DNA of 64,000 bases. Origin: Tubiluchus corallicola. Taxonomy: Eukaryota; Animalia; Priapulida. The position numbers were made by a program, and so were the translations under genes. The notes beneath the pieces are model-generated. The model searched no databases. It was not told the origin of the DNA and worked only from the letters and a program-made list of their open reading frames with translations. Within the stretch, counting starts at the first letter, position 1. Every line of letters begins with the position of its first letter. This document shows positions 55,920-64,000 of the stretch, piece after piece. The stretch spans positions 224,481 through 288,480 of the forward strand of contig JAQGDQ010002386.1 of NCBI GenBank assembly GCA_030141605.1. Reading direction: 5' to 3'.

Positions 55920-57047
55920 ATGGAGAAGTCTCGTGATGCAAGGTCCGTTGACTTGGACAATAATCCTAAACATCTAAAGCAAGAAGAGGAGATAAACACT
56001 GAGTCACCTCCCACAAGTGGCAATAACTTCAATGTTATTTTTGAAACTGGTTTGTATCAGCAACTAAGGCCACTGTTGACAAGCGCAATGTTTTTTGGTC
56101 TCTTTCATATTCCTAACTGCAGAAAGAAAAATGCACTATTTGGACTTGTATTGTTGTGCTCTCGTAGCACCATTTGGTCATTAATTAATCTGATCTTTGT
56201 CACTTCAACAACTGTGCTCTTGTTTCTGATTGATTATGAGGATATTGAGACAGTGATACTCACAACGCCAACAGGAATTGCAAAAATGTTTGTCATTTTA
56301 ATGCAGGCAACATTATCTTTGATAAGATGGCTGATCTTCTTTGCTGGTCTCAGAATGGCACACATTATGGAAAAATCATATGAGGTTCAAGAAGCAGAAA
56401 AAATCTATTCTTCTCTTATTCCTACAAAAAAGAACAAGAAGAAAAATTTCGAGAAAAGAATGGTATGGAGCCTGACTGTATTTGGATGGATTGTTATTTT
56501 TTACTCGTCTGTCAAGGAAGTTTTTGTTTTCTGTGAGATATTTGTGGAAGATCTGGAAAAGGGAGCCATTTTTGACATTGTGGCGATAATCATACTTTTC
56601 CTGTATGACAAATTTCTGTTGGCAACCGTCATGTTTCCCGCATTTACCATAACGAGTTTATCTTTTATATTAAAGACTAATCAAAATTTGGCACTGAAAA
56701 TGGAAAATCTCTCAGATGAAGAGATTATGTTATTTTTGAAAAGGCAAACGAAGTATGTTCATCTGGTCAAGGCCATAGACAACGTCATATCTCCGACATT
56801 GTTGATGATCTGTCTGGCAAGTTTTATGGTAGTTGTGGTACAAATTTATCTTTTCAGTCACAATTTCTATTCTGGCATTCCCCCAGGTCATCTGCAGCAA
56901 TATTTGTATGTCTACTCTACCATGCAGTCTGTATCATTTCTGATGATTCTGGTTAGCTGTACAGCAGTACATGAAAGCGTTATGGAGGCTGAAACAAAGT
57001 TACATGAGTTGAATAAAGAAAGTCTGGGGGACACAGTACGTTATGAA
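55920..57047 (+). CDS. GRL variable exon V5, 376 codons; downstream TM7 exons not found in window
   Basis: LYQQLRPLLTSAMFFGLFH; ends VRYE|gtaagt (consensus donor at 57048). Confidence 0.83.
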
Positions 57048-58336
57048 GTAAGTTTTTATCATTACCTTGCTGAAGACATTTATAAATGTCCCTCTTGTTT
57101 ACAAGTATGAAGACGATAGTCTAAATGGTAGATTATCTTAAAGAAACGGCCCCAAATGATGGTAATCGTGAACAGAAAGATGTTTTCTTAAAAATGTTTA
57201 TTTATTTTTCACATTATGCGTGCAATCCAACAGTAACAAAACAAAATTCATGCTTGTGAAGCAGCAGTGAGCTAAGGTAATTACGAAAATGTATGAAGAA
57301 ATATCAAGATTAGCAAAGAAAATAAGCAAACAGATTGATTAAACTGTCATATTCCAAATTACTCAAAACAAGCGTTCTAGAGTTATCGAAAGTCAGCACC
57401 AACGAGGTGCATCAGTGGCTTTGTATGAAATGCACAATAGTTAAATGTTTAGAAATTTTGATAGTGTACCACGTGAACACCCAGAATCTCCCATTCTCCC
57501 AGGAAGCTTTAAAAATTCCCCCACGTACATCAGTTTTGGACCACATAAGCAACGCTATACAGCAACTAAATAATAATAACTTCAGCATAGACGTGTTACG
57601 TGATGACACCAGCAAAGGTGTTGATATATATTTTTGAGCTGATCGTTTTGCCCAACTGCTACAATGTGTTAAATTGTTAGGGTACTCTAAACTTGCTGAA
57701 CTATCTTCGTGTGACATCTTCAGCTCAGGTACCCTCAGCGAGTACTTCGTGACCGTGTTCAATACTCTCTCTTGGAGGTTTCATTTAGTATACTATTTTA
57801 AGCTGCCTACTTTGCTGGTTGAGGATAGTTCACCTCTGCCAGCTTAGTGACTTATCTCTGAGAGTTAACATTGAAATAAATTAGGCTCTGGTCTCTTACC
57901 ACAAATATAACAACGAATAGGCCCTGATCTATTCGATGTTTATTCGTTTTCCTACAAAGAGAATCATCTATAAAGCAGCTTATCCAAAGATTTTCTGAAC
58001 TTATTACGCGATAGTATGCCAGCTGACCACCCATCGGTGGACAAGTTAAATAAGATACTGTTATTGTTTCGCCTAGCTAAGATGCTTACAATGACAAGCA
58101 AGAGAGAATATGGTCTTACGTATTTACAGAAATATGATGATAAAGGCTTGAAATCTTAAATTACCCAACTATATTTGCCTGTTAGTCTTAATAATGTGCA
58201 CTTGTGTTAATAGAGTTTGGCAACTAAAAGTTTAGCTTTATCGACCATCAGAAAGTTTTGAAATTAACATATGGGGCTAGTAATTCAATTACTTTACTCA
58301 TGTAAGGTAATCTTATAGCATTGTAAAATGGACATG

Positions 58337-58800
58337 TTAATAAATAAAACAACTCATCTCTACTTTCTTAAAACTACTGATTAAAGATTTGTTTCTAGTA
58401 TCAATGGAAAGCTTATTGCATTCATTTATATAAGACAGGAAGAAACTTGATTGAAAGTAGTTAGAATTGCAAGACATTAACGACAAATTTTCACTATTAT
58501 GCAAATTATAATAAGTTCTATCATAAACATGTAGCACAAGTAGAGAAGTAAGGTAACACGGAGAAGCTCCTTTAACTATTTTATAAAATAAAAGCATTTT
58601 ATGAATGTATCTTTTGTGTGACATGTTTTCCCAAGAAAGATCTTTCAGCAATTTCTCACCGTATGTAACAAAAACAGCCCCTGTCACTACTAACGAAGCA
58701 TGGTACTGAATTTGCTCAACAACTAGAACACTTGCTTCTGAACAATATTTTAGCAATCACAGTATTCAAATGAGAGGATGAGGAAAAATAACTATAATAT
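58337..58800 (-). mobile_element. CR1/L2-like LINE ORF2 C-terminal fragment
   Basis: EQIQYHASLVVTGA...EKLLKDLSWE...LLFYKIVKGASPCYL...FQSSFF resembles the post-RT region of CR1-group elements. Confidence 0.75.
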
Positions 58801-60368
58801 AATATGTTGGGATTTAACGCTGGATATCAGCTCTGAAAAGAAGTCGAGTTAATTACTCTTAGGCGCAGTTTGCAGTTGCACTCAAAGGGATAGACGGCAG
58901 CACATGTCCATTGAGTAAATGAAGCCAGTATTAAGGAATCAGAATCAGAATCAGTGTAAGTTAAGGAAGAATCAGAATCAGTATTAAGTTAAGGGGCGAG
59001 GTCGACTTGTGCGAGCATCAAGTGAAAAATAGTCAAGTTAAAGTCGACCAATACTTTGGTGCTGTCAAGGCACTGAGTCAGTAGGAGAATAAAGAAGTGA
59101 AGTGCGAAAGAATAAAGTATTCAAATATTGGGTGTACCCAAAAACGATGTTGTCACTTCCTGTATCGCCTACTTTCTTCTAGAATTTTGCAGTATAATTT
59201 TGGCGGACAGAAAAGTTAATAATCTGTGCAGAGGATTGTTAATAATCGGTTTTAGTGGTTTTACGTAGTGCGCTCTTCAGTGAAAAACTGTATCATTTAA
59301 ATTTGCTAATCCATGGTTAAAACCTAAGTAACAAATTGTCAATTATTCTTTTTCGAAAATTAAAGACATCGCATCCTTGAATTTTTTTAAATATGTATTC
59401 GATTCAAGATTTTCGTATTTAAGTTTGTGTAAATTTGTTTTTTATAATTATTATTTCTATAGTTACTCAATTGGACCCAAATACCTGCTAGACCCCAAAG
59501 TCATTCAGTACGATTCCGGCTCCTAAACGCAACCATACGAATGGCAAGACTATAATTGTTTGATTGGCCAGATATTAGTAACCGTGTCATTCTGGTATCG
59601 TTCACGTTGCTAGTAAAACAGCAAAGAAGCGAAATTAATAATAATAATAATAAAAAAATAAAAAATAAAATAATTATTATAATTATAATAATAATAATAG
59701 TAACCTTTATTTAAAGTCAGCATTAAATTCAAAAGACAACACAAGTCTGCCACGACGCTTTTGTGGTTTCTATCTCTAATGACCAGTGTTGAAATGCTCA
59801 AATCTTTCTGTGCAAAATCTAAATATGCTAACGTTTGTCCGCCTGCTGTCCTTTCTGGCTGGTTCTATCGTTTGCTGAAGACCTTTAATGAATTAGTTTC
59901 AGGTAGTCAAAGCATATGACCATAGTACCTGGAATATTAATGGTGCATTTTATAGAGTTGGGAATAACACTGTCTCAAAATTTAATGAAGATGGCTTTGT
60001 GGCCTATTTGCCAGTGACATTATTTGTCTAATTGAAGCACATTCTAATTCTAGTCCACAGATTATGCTTAAAATCTATACATGTGTACAAAATTGTCATC
60101 CCAATTCAGATAAGCGCCATTTTGGAGATTGTTCTAGTGAAGAATTCAATTCGCCGCGGTGCAAAATCCATTGACAGTAAATGTTCCGAATATATTTCGT
60201 TAAAATGTTAAAAGATTTCTTTGATCTTGAAAGAGATGTGTATATCAGTGCAACATATGGTATCACCAAGGGATGCGTCTTTTAATTTGCGAAATAATTT
60301 GGATGTTTTTACTTTATTAAAAAATGATATTATTAAATTTAGAATGCAAGATGAACCTGATTTCATTT

Positions 60369-63300
60369 TATATATATATATATATATATAATAATCTTTA
60401 TTTGCCATTAAAAACATTGATAATCACTGATAAAAACTTTATAGAGATAATCAATCAGTGTTAGTTAATAAAAACTTACACTGCTGAAGGCAAATGCGTC
60501 AGTGCAATCTAAACTACTGTGCAGTAATGACGAATAAAAGCAAACATATTTACAACTATACACAAAAAAATATAAAAAAAACTATGATTTAATTAATATG
60601 GCCGTGGGTATATGAATTCGGAATTAGTGTGTATGTTGTCGTACTGGTGTGATGGTATTTCATATCTGGTTAATATTAGTGATTTTAATTTTGTTTTAAA
60701 TGCTGATAGGGACTTGATTTGTTTAACCTGTAATGGTAGAGAATTCCAAAGTAAAATTGCTTGTTTGATTACAGAGTTCGTTCCATAGTGGGTATTTGTC
60801 CTAATTTGTTTTAGATTGCTTGTTCTGGAATTAACGATAGGATTTGGAAAAAAGATAAATCTGTTATTCTGGAATGGTTTGCTGATGTTGTTAATATATT
60901 TATATATAAAAAGCAGAGTAAAATATTCTTTGTGTGCTTCAATGATTGGGAATTTTAAAGTTTTTCTCAGGTTAGTTGTTGAAGCTTTGAATTTTTGTCT
61001 ACTTGCCTTGTGTTTGTATGAGTACCCAGCTATCAATCTCAACGCATAGTTTTGAAGGAGATTTAATTTTAAGTAATTTTCTCTTTTGGTTTTTTGAAGT
61101 AGCGTACATCCATATAAGAAGTGTGGTAGAACTAAAGTTTTATATATTAGTGTTTTAGTTTCCTTTGTTAGTTGCCCTTTAACTTGTCGGAGATATGATG
61201 TGCTAGATGCCATTTTTGTGTATATGTTATTAAAGTGATCATCCCATGAAAGATTATTGTCTACTTGTATGCCCAGGAATTTAACATTGTTAGTTTTTTT
61301 TGATTACAGCATTATCTATTGTCAAAGTGGTTGATGATGCATCATTAGTATTTAATGAGGGTGACAGTATCATGAATTCTGTTTTGTCATTATTCATTTT
61401 TAGCTTGTAATGACTAAATGCCATATTTATATTTTTTATATCTTCTTCTAAATAATTTTTTGCAGTTTGGACATTTTCATGGGCTATGTAGATTGTAGTG
61501 TCATCAGCGTATTGCGTTATTTGTGAGTGTTTTAATACACTGGATATGTTGTTTATATATAGGCAAAATAATAACGGACCTAGTAGTGTTCCTTGCGGTA
61601 TACCTCTGTTTAACGTGGCCCAGTCAGAAAAGTTGGTTGTATCTAACTTTACTCGTTGTTGTCTATCTTTGAGATAATTTTGTATCAGTTTTAACGATAT
61701 CGAATCTAATCCGATTTGTTTTAAATTATCGTAAAGTAGTTCGTGATTAATGCTATCGAAAGCTTTACTTAAATCCAAAAATGCTGCTAAAATGTATTGC
61801 TTGTTGTCTAAACTATGTCTCCAATTTTCTGTTGTGTGTATTAGGGCGTCAATGGTTGAATGATGTTTACGGAAGCCAAACTGATGTTTTGATAAAAGTT
61901 CATGTTTATTTACATATGAATTTATCTGATCATAAATTACCCTTTCCCAAACTTTGCCGAAACAATGGATTACGGAAATTGGGCGATAATTCATGGGATC
62001 ACATTTTGGATCTTTTTTATGGATTGGAGTCACATTTGCCATTTTACATACCGTTGGAAATTTGCCTCTCATAATTATCTGATTAGCAATGTAAGTCATA
62101 TGCGGGGCTATTACAGATGCGCTATCTTTTAGAATTTTGATAGGAATATCTGATGGTCCACTCCCTTTGTTGGAACTTAGGTTATTTAATATGTCGTTAA
62201 TTTCTCCTACTGTGACGCTTTTGAATGAGAATACTGTGTTAGACGATTTGTTTTTTAATTTATTAATTATATTATTGCTAATATGAGAAGCCACTCCCTT
62301 AAAATTTCCAAGATTCAGGAATATTGCATTTAACGCGTTGGCAATATCTTTGGGTTTTGTAATAACAGTGTTGTTGATCTTAATTTCGTCAACACGCGTT
62401 AGTTTGTTACGGCATTTATTTATTACATTGTTAATAATTTTCCATTTTTCTTTGGTATTTGTTGCGTTTTTACATTGTTGTTGTATATGTTTATTTTTCA
62501 AGCATTTATTAAGATTATTAAATTGATTTCTCTTTTTTTTATAATTGTTATGATTGTTTTTAGTTTTGTTCTTTTCCCATATATTATACATTCTGTTTTT
62601 CGCTATTCTTAGTTTGCCAAGTTCAGGTGTTGTCCAGGTACTTTCGTTATTGAGTTTGCTTTGTTGTGGGATTTGCTTTACGTTTTTATATGGTGCATGT
62701 ACATTAAGGCAATATTCGACATTATATGTCAGAATATTAACTTGTGTATCTATTTTATCAGTCATATATATGGAGGTCCAGTTCATTTTTGCTAAGTCGA
62801 TTAAGTATGAATGTTTGTTGTATTGGGCGTAGTCTCTCATTAAATGCCAGACTGAATTTTGGTTATTATTATGCTGTGGGGTCATTTATCTACTAATATT
62901 GTGAAATGATGATCTGAATAATCACACGGGAAAGTATCATATGCTACGAAATTATTGTTACTATTCGAAATGAAATGGTCGATTACTGTAGCTGATGTTT
63001 TAGAAATTCGAGTAGGTTTATTGTTGTTAAGTATGTGGACATTATATTGTTTTAAAAGCTCTGTGTATGTTTTGTATGCCAGTGTGTTTGTAGCTAAAAT
63101 ATCAAGGTTGAAATCGCCCATTATAAGAACTTTTTTATTTTCGAAAACACTGCGTTCTAGTTCTTCACTAAAGTATTTGAAAAATGTTTTGTGTTTGAGA
63201 TTGGGTGGTCTATATATGGTTCCTATTACATAGTTCTCAATGCTGCACCAAACAGATTCAATCTTGCCGGTTCTGATGCCTTTCATTTCTTGTGGTCTCA

Positions 63301-64000
63301 GGTGTGAAGGTATATACATTGCAACCCCTCCACCTTTCTTATTTTTACATCTATCTCTTCTTATTAATGTGTGATTAGGTAATTCTATAGTGTTGCTAAG
63401 TATTTGTTTATGTAGCCAAGTTTCTGTTGTGCCTACAATCAGATTTTCGGTGGCGTGAATTGTATCTTTCAGCAGCCAGTGTTTTTTGACGAGACTTTGA
63501 ATATTTATATTTAGAAATTTGATGTTCTTTTTATAAGTAATCATGCATTTTTTTAGCTCATCACTGGTATTATTATTGTTGGTGTTATTATTATTATTAT
63601 TTGGCAAAATGGGTCCAGGGTTAGTTGCGATACCACCAAGTATAAGTAGTAAACGAATTATGGTTAAAATGTAAGCCAGTTCAGAACATGAGTATAGAGT
63701 GCTTTCAAATTTAGATGAAATCTGTAATTTTTCCAATTTTTTTAGAGCTACGTATTTTAGATTGACATGACGCATTTGTCTTATAGCACTGAGGTACACA
63801 ACTTTTAAGATGGATACAAATCTTTTTAAAATAAATTGCATAGAGTGTCTTATTCTATCGCTATTTACAGGAAAAGCAATGAAAAAGTTGTTTAAATTAC
63901 CTTTAGTCATTACATTACAAATTACTGTTACGTAGATCATTTTCAGTTTTAGTATGGATAGTAATGTACGTAGAATAACTAAGACGTAAGCATAGTTACA
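60369..64000 (-). mobile_element. Near-intact L2/Crack-like LINE (APE endonuclease + RT) with (TA)n 3' tail; 5' end probably outside the window
   Basis: APE motifs NINIQSL, TETWL, GTIYRPP, MGDFN, SDH (62882-63940); RT motifs NYRPIS, FLDLSKAFD, GIPQGTLLGPLLF, QYADD (61290-62885); C-terminus LWNSLP...FKTKLK (60593-61213); two frameshifts. Confidence 0.96.

Noticed and set aside
57335-57762. ORFs 57335-57637 and 57412-57762 (and 60208-60417) as genes
   Set aside because: No convincing domain; at most a faint resemblance to decayed RT, too weak to call
59463-59555. Possible diverged C1 exon for V4/V5 (LLNWTQIPARPQSHSVRFRLLN after ttctatag)
   Set aside because: Only scattered identities to C1, no GT donor at the expected position and no TM7b exon downstream; too diverged given V-exon similarity
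62882-62885. ATGA stop-start overlap as programmed reinitiation between APE and RT
   Set aside because: APE and RT are normally one ORF in this group; a 1-nt loss in an A-run is simpler

Overview
AT-rich, repeat-rich animal (invertebrate-like) genomic DNA; I cannot name the organism. Positions ~1-25 kb have no recognisable host CDS, only satellites, SINE/MITE/Helentron-like remnants and an internally deleted pogo-type transposon. Next come a Shaker/Kv1 K+ channel with an uninterrupted ORF (26.5-28.0 kb), a decayed LINE (35.6-38.4 kb) and an intronless BTB-BACK-MATH gene (39.3-40.6 kb). The main finding is a cluster of gustatory-receptor-like (GRL/7TMIC) ion-channel sequences at 41.8-57.0 kb. 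Five large paralogous exons each stop at the same codon (...RYE) at a phase-0 GT donor and lack TM7. I find only one pair of TM7 exons (50166-50255 and 50884-51045, motif TFFIVIVQF). This points to a variable-first-exon / shared-constant-exon locus (Gr28b/protocadherin style): V1-V3 would splice to the shared exons, while V4-V5 have no visible constant exons in the window. The 3' ends of neighbouring variable exons look homogenised by gene conversion. The window ends in a near-intact L2/Crack-like LINE with a degenerate 2A-like motif; a 100-bp copy of its 3' end lies in the opposite orientation on the other side of the cluster.
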